From contig NC_134035.1 in NCBI RefSeq assembly GCF_964204645.1, positions 3,224,001 to 3,288,000 on the forward strand: a stretch of 64,000 bases of DNA. The letters are read 5' to 3'. Positions 1-13,961 of the stretch are shown piece after piece (position 1 is the stretch's first letter; each line of letters starts with the position of its first letter). Both the position numbers and the translations under genes were made by a program. The notes beneath the pieces are model-generated. The model was not told where the DNA came from, made no database searches, and saw only the letters and a list, made by a program, of their open reading frames with translations. This DNA comes from Tubulanus polymorphus (Eukaryota > Animalia > Nemertea).

Positions 1-440
1 GGCGAAATGAATCGGGGAATTTGGATATGCTATCGACCACCCATTTCATTTTAAAGCGAGAAATTTCTTCATTCACCTGCGGCAGATTCATTCGTGTCAA
101 AATCGGGAAATACTCCTGGGAATTTTAAAATCAGCGTAAAGTGGCCACTCTGCTCTGTTTGTCATAGCAAAACATGCAGCCTCTGTAAATCCCTCAGTTT
201 GAATTTTGTGAAGATCTATTTGAAAAATTTACCTGGTTTTCAACTTTGAAAGCGATATATCTACACTCCTGACACTACCGGGTAAGATGTAGATTCGGTA
301 CTGTAGTAAAATCCGTACTCTCATTCAACTCGGTGGATTTTTTGGCTCAAATTTATTTTGAAAACCTACCATTTCCTCGGATCTCTACTCACAGTCCCAA
401 CGTTGAGTATAGTTCACTGTAGTCAGTTTATTGATTGTAG

Positions 441-2057
441 GTTCGTAATGGTTATTGGGGTGTTTTCGGTCTGGAGAAGTTGTTGTATTCGTACGGCGTT
501 GATCTGGCTATTTGGGCGCACGAGCACTCGTATGAAAGACTGTGGCCTATTTACGACTTCAAGGTATGAAAATATTTACATGTACACGTGTCACCATAGA
601 CTCACTGACTCCAACATGGCAAGGGTCAGATTGGTGTAAAAAATGTCAAGTCTTGTTATGTTGTAGATCCTGTTGACTTGTTATGTTGTTGATCAGGTTG
701 TGTTGATTTGTTGTAGATCCTGTTGTGTTGATATGTTGTAGATTGTGGTGTCTAATTATGCCGTCTTTATTTCAAAATGTTGTTTTATGACTAGGTTTAC
801 AATGGAACTCCTACTGCTTATACGAATCCGAAGGCTCCGGTACATATTACCACCGGATCTGCTGTGAGTATTAGAATAGAAAAGTGACCGTTATTGCGGG
901 GTGGCCTCTTTACTGGAGATGAGGGAAAAGACGGAATTTTCTTTCCTTTATAAAAGTCTGGGCATAGTCACAGTCAGGGAATTCAGTAAAGGAGCTTAGA
1001 ATCAGGGAAAACTCAGGAAATAGTCATGGAAATTGGTAGAGATAGTAAGATCACGCATTTATAATCAGACGGCGCATTCTACCATTTTCCAGTTCCGTCA
1101 TATTCCGGAAAGTACAATTCTACCGACTTCCAGTTTCCTAATAATTCTATCGTATTCTAGGTGTTTTAGATTCTCGGGCGTTTTCGACGAAATCAAATAT
1201 CTGATACATTTTCTAGGGCTGCAAAGAAAAGCTGGATCCGTTTAAGAAGACGCCGCCGGCGTGGTCCGCAGTACGTTTAGATGATTACGGATACACGCGG
1301 TTACAAATACACAACTCGACTCATATCTTCCTTCAACAAGTATCCGATGACAAGGTAAGAAATATTAGTGTATATTCCTTAATGGGCCCACTCGTAAAGT
1401 AGTGTAAGCAGAATGATGATACATGTAGTATCTTTATTTATCTCCTTTTAAACAGTTTCAAACATTTTGATAAATACATATAACGGATTATGAATATAAG
1501 GAGAAAGAACAATGAGACGAATAAAACCCACAATCGAAGTACAGTAAAAGTCTGTTGTAACGCCACTGTTGGGACCAATGATAAACATGGTGTCATAACG
1601 AATTTGGCAATGTTGTAAAGAATGGTATTTCCATCGAATTTGAGTTGGATTGGGCAAATTTCTCTGAAAATTTTTGGCATTAAGTGAGCAGTTGCATTAA
1701 AAAGGATGGCAGCGTTATGAGAGACTTTGACTGTAATTCTACAAGAGGATTTTGACGTCTCAACTCAAACGTTATGAGCCATTTTCATGAACTCTTTTCT
1801 TGTTAAATGGCTCAAAGCGTTTGAATTTAAACGTCGAAATCTTTGTAAAGTTTTTCTTTGATAGTAGGGTTTAATTCTTCAACTGAATCAGACGTTCTAA
1901 TTGTCCATGAAAATCGTTAGTGTAAGCAGATTCTTAACTGTCAAAAGATAGGTGGTTTAAATCGCTATTTTTGCGGGTTTTCTATTTTTAGGGTGGAAAA
2001 ATCGTCGACGCAATGACTCTGATCAGGGAAAAACATGGCCCGTATTCCGAATTGTAA
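441..2057 (+). CDS. ACP7: Purple acid phosphatase, acid phosphatase type 7-like; last four coding exons (5' part lies upstream of the window)
   Basis: GT-AG exons 441-563, 795-863, 1217-1354 and 1992-2057, all phase 0. They join to VRNGYWGVFGLEKLLYSYGVDLAIWAHEHSYERLWPIYDFK|VYNGTPTAYTNPKAPVHITTGSA|GCKEKLDPFKKTPPAWSAVRLDDYGYTRLQIHNSTHIFLQQVSDDK|GGKIVDAMTLIREKHGPYSEL*. The metal-binding HxH motif (AHEHSYER) and NPKAPVHITTGSAGC are typical of animal ACP7/PAPL. Not captured by the ORF track. Confidence 0.93.
1742..1846. repeat. Short imperfect palindromic MITE-like element in the last ACP7 intron
   Basis: gattttgacgtc..ctcaaacgttatgagccattt is the inverted counterpart of aaatggctcaaagcgtttgaatttaaacgtcgaaatc. 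Confidence 0.5.
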
Positions 2058-4349
2058 AATGAATGATTAATGAAATGAAGAAATTCGATAGCTGTGATGA
2101 TGAATTGTGATTTCATTAGATTCCACTTTTGCTATTTCGAAATATTTTTCAATACGATTTATGATGTTTTTAGATAATGAAATTTGAACGATAGTGAAAT
2201 AATTGATGTTGTGATGTAATGGGGCAGTGTATGTACGGGGACTAATGTAGGTATCAATGCACAGCCTGGACCCTTCGGATATTCGATGCATTATCATAGT
2301 TCTTCTGATAGTTCCATCCTCCAGACTCCTGCTTTTTGTACTGAAGACATTTTGAATTTGAATTCAAAATAGTCAGATATTGCTCCTATCGGCATCAGTT
2401 CCAATAATTTCACCAGACATCGATGAATTTCTGAAGGGCTGCGTATTGATACCTGCGTAAAGATTATCGAGGACCAATTTATGAGATTGATCCAGGAGCC
2501 AGAGTTCGGGAAATAGATTTGACTCCACGAGTGAACTCGTTGAAAATCAGGGCTCCTATGGTCCTTAAATTCCTTAGATACCCTAAAATTCCGGAAATCT
2601 AAATTTAAGGGGTTATAGTAGACTAACCTTAATTTCGGAGTTAACTCTTATTCACAACTGTGAAACTGGGTCCAGTTCCATTGAACGGTTTTGACTTTGA
2701 GTCTCTGAGTTGGAATTAGTTTATTTCCAATTGAATGATTGTTTTTGTTAATGTTTTATAAATTACAAGTAGACAAACTGAAAGAACGACAGTTTTGTAA
2801 GATTACGATGAATTACCATTACGTGTATTGTATATTTCGGTAGACTCCTCATTACTCGGTACCGGTCTCAAATCTGTAAACCGCTTGTTAAAGTACTATT
2901 ACCGAAATCTATTTGGAAAAAATCTTCTATTTCTGTGATTCTCATGGCACAGAGATGTTTACACTGCTGAGTAATGCGGAGTCTACTGAATGAGAAAATC
3001 TCAATTCAACAATTCAGTGGATTTGATTTTTGAAGTACATTGTGTATTCCATACGTGTCTGAATGATTATGACTTGTATCGCCTTCGCTGTTAAAAGTAT
3101 TGTAAAAGTTATGTATTAAAAGTGAATGAATGAATTCATTTTCACTATAACTTACAATATATGATCTACATATAATATAGATTAGTTTAGAGCGGTATTA
3201 AGCGCAGTAGACTCTGCTGAAGTCAGACCTTTTGGTACAATGAAAAGACTTCCAATTTCGGTCCTATCCGTCGTTAGATATGGCGACGCAAAGATATCTC
3301 AACACACATTCGAGCGGAGTCTCTGAGTTTATTCTATATATATATATATATATATTATGTTATAATGAAGGACTCGAAATCCCAACGAGCCAAAGGCTCC
3401 TCCCCAAACCCACGCCGATTAATATGACTAATGACAAATGAGATGAATATCAAAAATGAAAGTAATGATGATAATAGGTTACAAATAGGTACAACATACC
3501 TCAAGCAATCTAGATTTTAAGCAGTTTGACTGTATGAAATGTTATGTTGTTTTATGAAACAGATAAGATACTGACTGTTTTTAGTTTATTTCTCATTGTC
3601 TATGTATGAAAATAATGTAAAATCCACGCGGTTTGTCACATTTGATAGCGTATAGATAGACCAACCCCGGTATCAGTGACCAACCCCAGTATCGTAAAGT
3701 CGTGTTGGAACCGTAGCGACTGCTGAATTTACTGAATGACGTTTTTTTTCCTTTCTATAATATGTTTTTGACGAAATTGAATTAAATTCACCGCAGCAAT
3801 ATTAATTAGAACCTATCAAAAATTGATAATAGGCTGTGGCAATCTAAAATTGCTTCCAATGTCATGATCAACCCCAGTATCCCTATAGCAATGATTGCAG
3901 TGCTATGACTGGTGGTGTTAGTCTCCATTCGCTATAGAATGTGACTATTGTTTATTGATTAGTGCCATAATTTGTTCGTCATTTTAAATAGTGGTTAGTT
4001 TTTCTAATTAATGATTGAAAATCGTACGGGGAAATAAATATTTTGAAAAGCTTCTTAAATTTGATAGTTATTATCTGTCTGAGTGCGAGGAATGAAGCAA
4101 TCGGGTAAATCGCAGATTCCAGAACTTCAGGATCCGGTTCCACAGTTGTGAGTTTAAATCAACTAACCGCAGTCTGTCGGATGTTACAGTCACGTAAATG
4201 CACTAGAACTCCGCGAGCGCTAGCAGTCGATTTTGATACCAAGTGAACAAATGCCGAAAAAATCCGCAGATAGAATTCGTTTTGTCAAAGAAAAAAGAAA
4301 AACAGTAATTGAGTTAAGGTTTTTGAGTTGATGGTTTCCATCAACTGCA

Positions 4350-7270
4350 TCTAATAAGCCAGTGTATTGTATTGGAAGTGCGCAGTATTATTTGATTTCA
4401 ACAAATTATATGATATTTTTCAGTTCAGAAGTATGCAAGTCGCAAGTTGATCAAGTGAACAGTAATATCCCAGCGTCACGCACGATTAGCTTAACCATGA
4501 CCGTGACCGGGACGTGATCAGATATACATTGTGTACATGAATCAGTTGGAAATATATGCTGTCGCACGACACACGTATAGGCTTACTGTTTAGCGGTAGA
4601 GATTCAGGAATATTCGCTGAAAGGATCTGCAACTAAAAAAATTTGGAATTCTTATTTGGAATACGCGTTCATCTGAACCATCAACTTATCGTTCACATCT
4701 GTATTTACAAAACTGAAACGACCAGTCCAAACTGTTATCGCCGAATAAATGCTCGATTTCGTTGTGACGCTAAGAAATCCGTTAGGAATAAACATAAACG
4801 GGATATAATAACCTGATGGTGTATCGGACAATGCGTGTGTTAATCGGAATAATAATCAAACGCGATCGCTTTGAAGTGAAACAATGACTTTATGTTAAAT
4901 TACGCTCGCGATTGAAAAGATATCATTTATGTTAAACCGCGGTTGTAAAGTTGGATTCCTGTTTGTTGTTTGTAAACTGATTCCTGTAATTAACTCGTAC
5001 ATTCAAACTCAGCGTTCACGTCTGGATGAAAAACTGCAGCGATCAATGCAAGAATTGATGATGTGATGTAAACCTGTGTGATATCGGGATATAATAAGCT
5101 GATACTCAGTGATTGAAATAATTATCAAGTGTAATCGCTAATCATTAAAATCGATAATGAGATATTGTGTATTCTCATTAGTTGTTCATTTGTTTAGCGT
5201 TGATAAAGATCGATTTATTTTATGACATTGAAACTGAGAAATTCCTGTTTATTCTTCTTTAATTCATTCATTTCTGACCATTTTGAAAATAAACAATCGT
5301 AATTAATATTTTGTATTAGTATTTCGTTGTCTTTATTGTTTTATTCATTTCTTATTGTGAGAATTGATCGAAACATCGGCCCATTCCCCTTATCGCAGGA
5401 GCCGGCCACCCCTTCTCCAGGGCGGGCACGGACAACAGCCTAGACGCGAGAACGGACCGATACTCGCTTGCCAGGGCATAAAGGAGCAATTTTACGGAAG
5501 CGGACCTATAATATGCGGGACCGGACCGATACTCGCTTGCCAGGGCATAAAGGAGTCATTTTACGGAAGCGGACCTATTTTTTGTGGGACCGGACCGATA
5601 CTCGCTTGCCAGGGCAAAAAGGAGCCAAAGAGGCCACTTCCCCCAGGAGTGGCAGGTATTTTACGGAAGCGGACCTATTTTTTGCGTGACCGGACCGATA
5701 CTCACTTGCCAGGGCATAAAGGAGTCTTTTTTACGGAAGCGGACCTATTTTTTGCGTGACCGGACCGATACTCACTTGCCAGGGCATAAAGGAGTCTTTT
5801 TTACGGAAGCGGACCTATTTTTTGCGTGACCGGACCGATACTCGCTTGCCAGGGCAAAAAGGAGCCAAAGAGGCCACTTCCCCCAGGAGAGGCAGGCATT
5901 TTACGGATGCGGACCTATTTTTTGCGGGATCGGACCGATACTCACTTGCCAGGGCATAAAGGAGTCATTTTACGGAAGCGGACCTATTTTTTGCGGGACC
6001 GGACCGATACTCGCTTGCCAGGGCATAAAGGAGCCATTTTACGGAACCGGACCTATAAATGCGGGGTCGGACCGATACTCGCTTGCCAGGGCAAAAAGGA
6101 GCCTTTTTCCTAAGCTGCCAGGGCAATGTGTAGCCTTTTCTTCATCGCCTGCCAGGGCCTCTCTCCTCGAACCTACGATTGAATCCTCCTGGTCACCCAG
6201 TACCATAGACCATTAATTCTCACAATGAGAGTTGAATGAATAAACAATGACACCCAATATAAAATACTAATCATTATTCATTTGTTTATTTTTGCATCAT
6301 ACAGGAATGAATTAAAAAAGAAGAAACAGGAATCTGACATAACTTCAAGTTTGAAAGAATTCATTAAATAAACCTCACGAAAAATGTCTTTTAGGTTTTA
6401 TCAATTAGCGATCACGTCATTGTACGATACACTGATTAACAGTTAATTGTATCCTGATATTAGAACAAGTTTATATTTCTTGCAGTTACTCCAAATCGAA
6501 CATATATTATCATCAATTTTTGAAATGCAGGTTTATCCAGATGTGAACAATAAGTTTGAATGTACGACAAACAGGAATTCAGCTTACCCCCAAGTTTGAA
6601 AATAGATTGATTCTAATTAACCTGGAATCATAACCCTCGCTTATCATAGTTGAAATGTCTCGCGAACAGTTTTATCAATTAGCGATCACATTTGATTGTC
6701 GATCCGATGATCATTGTCCAATGCACTGATTATCAGCTTATTATATCCAGATTTTAGAACATGTTTATTCTTTACGCACTTCTTTGCGTCACCGAAATCG
6801 AAAATCCATTCTACGATATCATCACCTCTATCTAACACTGATCGCTGCAGTTTATCCAGATATGAACGACCTACGAACGCATTTTCATGAAGCTCCGGAG
6901 TCAATGTCTTTAATATCCGCACACATACACTGATCGTGCAGCATACAGATACGAACGACGGTTTTTCAAAGTCTGAATTTGTGAGTTCCAAAAAATGTGT
7001 TTCCGTTTCGAAAATCCCATGTATTTTCTCGCAGAGTCGATATCCTAAATCCCTACAAAACTTTACGCGTGTCTCGCATGACAGCCGACTGACTCATGTA
7101 CAGAATGTATATAGACTAATCATGTCCCGGTCACGGTCATGGTTCCAGTTAGTCGTGCGCGACATGACATTGTTCAAATATGCAACTTGCGCCTCCAACC
7201 TGAAAAATATGATATAATTTGTCGTCAAAACAAATGAACAAATTCTGCGCATGACCGACTGTATTTAGAT
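4350..7270. mobile_element. Foldback-type element: ~1-kb diverged inverted arms (about 4350-5368 and 6208-7270) around a GC-rich minisatellite core
   Basis: aaccatgaccgtgaccgggac (~4495) is the reverse complement of gtcccggtcacggtcatggtt (~7124). aattatatgatattttt (~4404) matches aaaaatatgatataatt (~7203), and cttattgtgagaatt (~5351) matches aattctcacaatgag (~6215). Fragments of the right arm recur at ~23555-23850 (inverted) and ~34158-34242. Confidence 0.75.
5453..6110 (+). repeat. Minisatellite, ~69-70-bp unit with a 100-bp variant every third copy
   Basis: cggaccgatactcgcttgccagggc starts at 5453, 5522, 5591, 5691, 5761, 5831, 5931, 6000 and 6068. Confidence 0.95.
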
Positions 7271-9140
7271 TAAAAAAACGGAAACTTTGTTTCTCATAAT
7301 CGGCGTTTGTAGTAATTTTAAGTATCTTTTTCGGTTAACTTGATCATGTTTAAACATGAAGTATGTACAGGGTTGAGACCACCGGCCCGGGAGAGAAATG
7401 AGTTAAACGATGAATCAATTTTTTTGTAAAATAGAATACCTCTATTAAAGCCGTTACAACCAATAATGAGAATCAATACGACCATTCAACGAATTTGATG
7501 ATCATAAGTGAGATTGGTATTACCAGTAAATGTGAGTTTGATTTGGGGAGAATGAATTGGTCTCAGAAAATGCTGGCATATTAACAATATATGGATGGCG
7601 TTATAACGGACTTTGTCGACCATATATGGTCATATATGCCTAGTTTACAAAAAAAATGGCCACCGGGCTGAAGAGGTAGGATAGGAGGGAGAGGGATCGC
7701 CGCCGACGGGGCTTTGTTTCTTCAGTTTTCTTCTGCCGTTCGTTCGACCATCTCATTTTTTCAACCAGTCGCTGCTGTGATGATATTCTCCTGCATAAAT
7801 TTGAGATCTCAAAAAGATCGGCCTCAAGAATATCGGCGGCGATCAGGATTGAGGAGCGGGATGGGTGCGGAAAGTGGCGCCATTTCAGACGACGGAATAT
7901 CGAGTTAAAACATCGTCTGAAATATCAGTTTACATCAATAGATGATCGTCAAAAATTATTTCTGCGCCGTCCAAACGTCTCGCACCTGCGGCTCGTGCGA
8001 CCCCTTGAATTTGTGAAGTGCCCTTTTCAAAAAGATTCTCATGAAAATACAGCACCCTGCAAAATCCGACGTCCGGACCTATGAAATTAATTAGAATTTG
8101 AATTATTGCGGAAAAGGGCACTTTATATTGCAAAAAATGGCACGTTTCATTGAATCAATTGCCAAAAGGCACGTTATATTGTCAAGAAGGGCACATATAT
8201 TGCGAAAAAGGGCACGTTCATTTGCAAAAAATTAAGAAAAGGGCTCCAAAAATAGTTTGAAAAATCCTGTTATGGGTACGATTCATCTCCAATGAGGGCG
8301 CATGTGTTCAATCATATTACCGTACTGATGTGCTCTGACAGGGCACAACTCTGTGACTATCGGCACGTTCAAATTGCCAAAAAAATCCTAAAGGCACATT
8401 GTATTGCCAAAAGGGCACGTTCATAAAAATTCAGAACAGGGCTCAAAAATAGTTGGCTCAAAAAAATGACTTATAACTATCACATTCTAAAAGGGGCACA
8501 TTCAAATTGCAATAAATACTAAGAGTGGTTTGTTATTGCCTAAAATTCAGACAAGGGTATTTTTGCTATTTTGATGCCTCAGATGCTCTGATAGCTGGGC
8601 TTCAAATTTTTAACTGATTCTAAACCCCTTGGTGGCTTCGTACCTTCGGTGCTCGCCTCGTCGTGGTAATACAAATCCGGACAGGTGCCCTCTTGAATGA
8701 GTGCTACCCCTTGAATTTGGGCCTAGATCCGCCCCTGGAACCGATACCAACCAAACACTTTCAAAAATAACTTGAACCCTTATTTAGAAATAATTGTGAT
8801 TAAGATTTCATCCCCGGCTTTAATTACTCTTGTTAGCTCATGTTTTATTAGTAAAAATGTTCATGTAAGTCCTAGACGAAGTCTCGTTATATTTCGGCTA
8901 AAACATTTACATGGTGTATTGTTTTTATATACTTGTAATCGATTTTGATAAATTAATCGATTTTCAATCGTCATTGTAATAATTTTGTTCTTTTTGAATA
9001 AATTTCTTTTTAATGTTTCGGATAATTCTATTGATTTTCCTTGTGTAACAATGAGTGAATTGCTAGCTACCTCCTGAGGGTGAGACTCTCTTTAGTGCCT
9101 GCGGACCATGGGGGAGACCATGGGGGAGAACATGGAAGAG

Positions 9141-12100
9141 GCGTATCTCTTTAACACCCGTATTGCTCGGGTTAGTTTTACTACCAACGGGTGGCGCTGT
9201 ATGTAAATTTCACATAAATCAACGACTTTCGGCTATTAGCGGTACTTAAGTTAAGACCACTTGAAAACATCATAGTCAATTACGGTAGTAGTGAAAATAA
9301 AAAGATACAGTACAAAGATACAGTACGGTGTACAGTTAAGGACATGATTTCATAGCACCCATACTAGAGACATTTTATTCAGACAAGGACTATTAGTTAA
9401 ACATAATCTTCATGATATTTTCAGCAATTAATGATCTGTTATATTAATTAGTAATTCAGTCTTTCGGTGGTTCGAGATAAAATGCCCGCAAAATAAGAAC
9501 CTAACGAACCAGGGCTGACCACAAATTGACCACCAGATAAATTTTCGAAACGACACAATCCAATCATGTTTGGTATCAAATAACTCGTGGCTCGGACCAT
9601 TGTCTATTAACTGACCACTGCATGACCAGTACCATATATAGTAAATTATTTGTTTTGCAAACAATTAAGTTGTTTGGTGTCAAACAACTAGAAATGATGA
9701 GGGCATTAATCTAAAAATTGTTTAACTGACCAATACTTGACCAGTACTGACCAGTTATCAGTGCTAACCATAAGCCCGCATAAGTAATTTATATGTTTAG
9801 TAAAGCCATAAAATCGTGTTTGGGCGTCGAGCGACTAAATATGGCGCGGGCTATGATCTAACAACTATTTAACTGACCAATTTTTTTACCAATACTGACC
9901 TTTAAGTAATTTGTCTATTTTAGAAGCAACACAGTCGTGTTTGGTGTCTAATAATTAGATATTGTGTGGGCTTTCATCTAACAACACTATTCCAACTGAC
10001 CAAATCTTGACCAATACTGACCACATAGCTATATTTATCTGTTTCAGAAACAACTTAGTCGTGTCTGGTATCAAATGATTTCATTTGGCCTGAACGTAAA
10101 TATAACATCTCTTTTACATGTATAAGCTACACAAGTACTCTCTAATTACCGGTTAAATGTTTTTAGAAATGACACGGGGTTTTGCCTGAACCCTTCGTTA
10201 GTACTACTAGCTCTTATATTTAAATTTGTCGCTTGAAAAGTCTTGTCAGATTTTTATAGTAGGTAGCGAGCTAACTTTGGAATTTCGTACTAAAGTCTAT
10301 CCCAGTGGTTATGATCGCGGTGCATAGAACAGTTCATATCATCGCAGATCTGGAACCCTGTGGTTTCTATGTGCTCAACCCTGCAAGTAACTGAGGTCAG
10401 GCAACTACTACATTCAAGAGTGAATGATACTAAAGTTTTCCCATCCTGGTCATTCACTTCTCTTTATTCCTCTAGATTTGGTTTTTTCTTGTATATTCTC
10501 AAAAGTGCTGCCAAATAGCAGTGAAAACGTGTGGACTCCAGTCAGGTCCAGGCTTCTACTTATCAGAAATTATTGAAACATGAAACATGAAGCTAGGTCA
10601 ATAAGCAATTTCTTTTTATGAATGACTTTAAGAAAACTGGAAAAAGAGAAACATCTGTACCGGTATCGTACCGGTACATTTTTTTGCCATTATGAGAATG
10701 CCGGTTTGCTAGCGTATCTCTTTAACACCCGTATTGCTCGGGTTAGTTTTACTACCAACGGGTGGCGCTGTATGTAAATTTCACATAAATCAACGACTTT
10801 CGGCTATTAGCGGTACTTAAGACCACTTGAAAACATCATAGTCAATTACGGTAGTAGTGAAAATAAAAAGATACAGTACAAAGATACAGTACGGTGTACA
10901 GTTAAGGACATGATTCCATAGCACCCATACTAGAGACATTTGATTCAGACAAGGACTATTAGTTAAACATAATCTTCATGACATTTTCAGCAATTAATGA
11001 TCTGTTGAATTAATTAGTAATTCAGTCTTTCGGTGGTTCGAGATAAAATGCCCGCAAAATAAGAACCTAACGAACCAGGGCTGACCACAAATTGCCCAAC
11101 AGATAAATTTTCGAAACGACACAATCCAATCATGTTTGGTATCAAATAACTCGTGGCTCGGACCATGGTCTATTAACTGACCACTGCATGACCAGTACCA
11201 TATATAGTAAATTATTTGTTTTGCAAACAATTAAGTTGATTGGTGTCAAATAACTAGAAATGATGTGGGCATTAATCTAAAAATTGTTTAACTGACCAAT
11301 ACTTGACCAGTACTGACCAGTTATCAGTGCAAACCATAACCCCCCATAAGTAATTTATATGTTTAGTAAAGCCATAAAATCGTGTTTGGGCGTCGAGCGA
11401 CTAAATATGGCGCGGGCTATGATCTAACAACTATTTAACTGACCAATTTTTTTACCAATACTGACTAATACTTTAAGTAATTTGTCTATTTTAGAAGCAA
11501 CACAGTCGTGTTTGGTGTCTAATAATTAGATATTGTGTGGGCTTTCATCTAACAACACTATTCCAACTGACCAAATGTTGACCAATACTGACCACATAGC
11601 TATATTTATCTGTTTCAGAAACAACTTAGTCGTGTCTGGTATCAAATGATTTCATTTGGCCTGAACGTAAATATAACATCTCTTTTACATGTATAAGCTA
11701 CACAAGTACTCTCTAATTACCGGTTAAATGTTTTTAGAAATGACACGGGGTTTTGCCTGAACCCTTCATTAGTACTACTAGCTCTTATATTTAAATTTGT
11801 CGCTTGAAAAGTCTTGTCAGATTTTTATAGTAGGTAGCGAGCTAACTTTGGAATTTCCTACTAAAGTCTATCCCAGTGGTTATGATCGCGGTGCATCAAA
11901 CAGTTCATATCATCGCAGATCTGGAACCCTGTGGTTTCTATGTGCTCAACCCTGCAAGTAACTGAGGTCAGGCAACTACTACATTCAAGAGTGAATAATA
12001 CTAAAGTTTTCCCATCCTGGTCATTCACTTCTCTTTATTCCTCTAGATTTGGTTTTTTCTTGTATATTCTCAAAAGTGCTGCCAAATAGCAGTGAAAACG

Positions 12101-13614
12101 TGTGGACTCCGGTCAGGTCCAGGCTTCTACTTATCAGAAATTATTGAAACATGAAACATGAAGCTAGATCAATAAGCAATTTCTTTTTATGAATGACTTT
12201 AAGAAAACTGGAAAAAGAGAAACATCTGTACCGGTACTGTACCGGTACATTTTTTTGCCATTATGAGAATGCCGGCTTGCTAGCGTATCTCTTTAACACC
12301 CGTATTGCTCGGGTTAGTTTTACTACCAACGGGTGGCGCTGTATGTAAATTTCACATAAGACCGGCTTAGATGTATATAGATCCCTCCAATATTGTTACG
12401 TTTTCATTCTCTAAATTTTAATCACTTTAGTGTTGTTTTGTAAATATTTGTATATACATGTGAAATAGTTTTCCTCCATATACCATGGAAATGGTTGGAA
12501 TGTAAATAAATCGTAATCGTAATCGTAAACATAAATCAACGACTTTCGGCTATTAGCGGTACTTAAGACCACTTGAAAACATCATAGTCAATTACGGTAG
12601 TAGTGAAAATAAAAAGATACAGTACAAAGATACAGTACGGTGTACAGTTAAGGACATGATTCCATAGCACCCATACTAGAGACATTTTATTCAGACAATG
12701 ACTATTAGTTAAACATAATCTTCATGACATTTTCAGCAATTAATGATCTGTTGAATTAATTAGTGATTCGGTCTTTCGGTGGTTCGAGATAAAATTCCCG
12801 CAAAATAAGAACCTAACGAACCAGGGCTGACCACAAATTGCCCAACAGATAAATTTTCGAAACGACACAATCCAATCATGTTTGGTATCAAATAACTCGT
12901 GGCTCGGACCATGGTCTATTAACTGACCACTGCATGACCAGTACCATATATAGTAAATTATTTGTTTTGCAAACAATTAAGTTGTTTGGTGTCAAATAAC
13001 TAGAAATGATGTGGGCATTAATCTAAAAATTGTTTAACTGACCAATACTTGACCAGTACTGACCAGTTATCAGTGCTAACCATAACCCCCCCCCATAAGT
13101 AATTTATATGTTTAGTAAAGCCATAAAATCGTGTTTGGGCGTCGAGCGACTAAATATGGCGCGGGCTATGATCTAACAACTATTTAACTGACCAATTTTT
13201 TTTACCAATACTGACTAATACTTTAAGTAATTTGTCTATTTTAGAAGCAACACAGTCGTGTTTGGTGTCTAATAATTAGATATTGTGTGGGCTTTCATCT
13301 AACAACACTATTCCAACTGACCAAATCTTGACCAATACTGACCACATAGCTATATTTATCTGTTTCAGAAACAACTTAGTCGTGTCTGGTATCAAATGAT
13401 TTCATTTGGCCTGAACGTAAATATAACTAACATCTCTTTTACATGTATAAGCTACACAAGTTCTCTCTAATTACCGGTTAAATGTTTTTAGAAATGACAC
13501 GGGGTTTTGCCTGAACCCTTCGTTAGAACTACTAGCTCTTATATTTAAATTTGTCGCTTGAAAAGTCTTGTCAGATTTATAGGTAGCGAGCTAACTTTGG
13601 AATTTCCTACTAAA
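9141..13614 (+). repeat. Head-to-tail tandem array of a 1571-bp unit (two full copies, third truncated); possible non-autonomous Helitron
   Basis: gcgtatctctttaacacccg starts at 9141, 10712 and 12283, and the copies are nearly identical. The junction reads ...gccggtttgCTAG and has hairpins (tgtaccggta-tcg-taccggtaca; acccg-tattgct-cgggt). Internal degenerate actgaccaat subrepeats are present. The array is certain; the Helitron label is inference. Confidence 0.85.
12360..12528 (+). mobile_element. 169-bp 5'-truncated non-LTR retroelement 3' end inserted in array copy 3
   Basis: Absent from copies 1 and 2. Flanked by the duplication ACATAA (12354-12359 and 12529-12534). Ends in AATAAA plus (TCGTAA)3. 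Confidence 0.85.
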
Positions 13615-13913
13615 TTCCAAAGATTTATCTCGTGGGGTTTTGAACGAACTATGTTGCGCTTTGTAACGTGTGCATTTGAGCCTGTAACGTGCACATTTCA
13701 CTCGCGTGAACGTGCGTATCGGTATCAATATGCGAGACTTGTTCAAACTGAACATTAAAGAAGATATTATATCATATCATATATATGAATATAGAAGGAA
13801 TGATAATGTAGTAGTTTCGTAGCTGCTGTCCACTGACCACAGATCAAAGTTAATCGCCTGATATGAAGTATATATTAATGTGTTATAGGGATGTAGTAGT
13901 TCAGCGAGAATTC

Positions 13914-13961
13914 AAACTTATGGGTAATTCTGAGTGATCACTCAAAATTACCCATAAGTTT
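13914..13961. repeat. Near-perfect 48-bp palindrome
   Basis: aaacttatgggtaattctgagtga|tcactcaaaattacccataagttt, one mismatch. Confidence 0.9.

Noticed and set aside
5364-6113. Overlapping repetitive ORFs
   Set aside because: Products of the 69/70/100-bp minisatellite; frames shift between units and no domain is recognisable.
9428-12976. Three near-identical 78-aa minus-strand ORFs
   Set aside because: Chance ORF with a non-ATG start, repeated because of the 1571-bp array.
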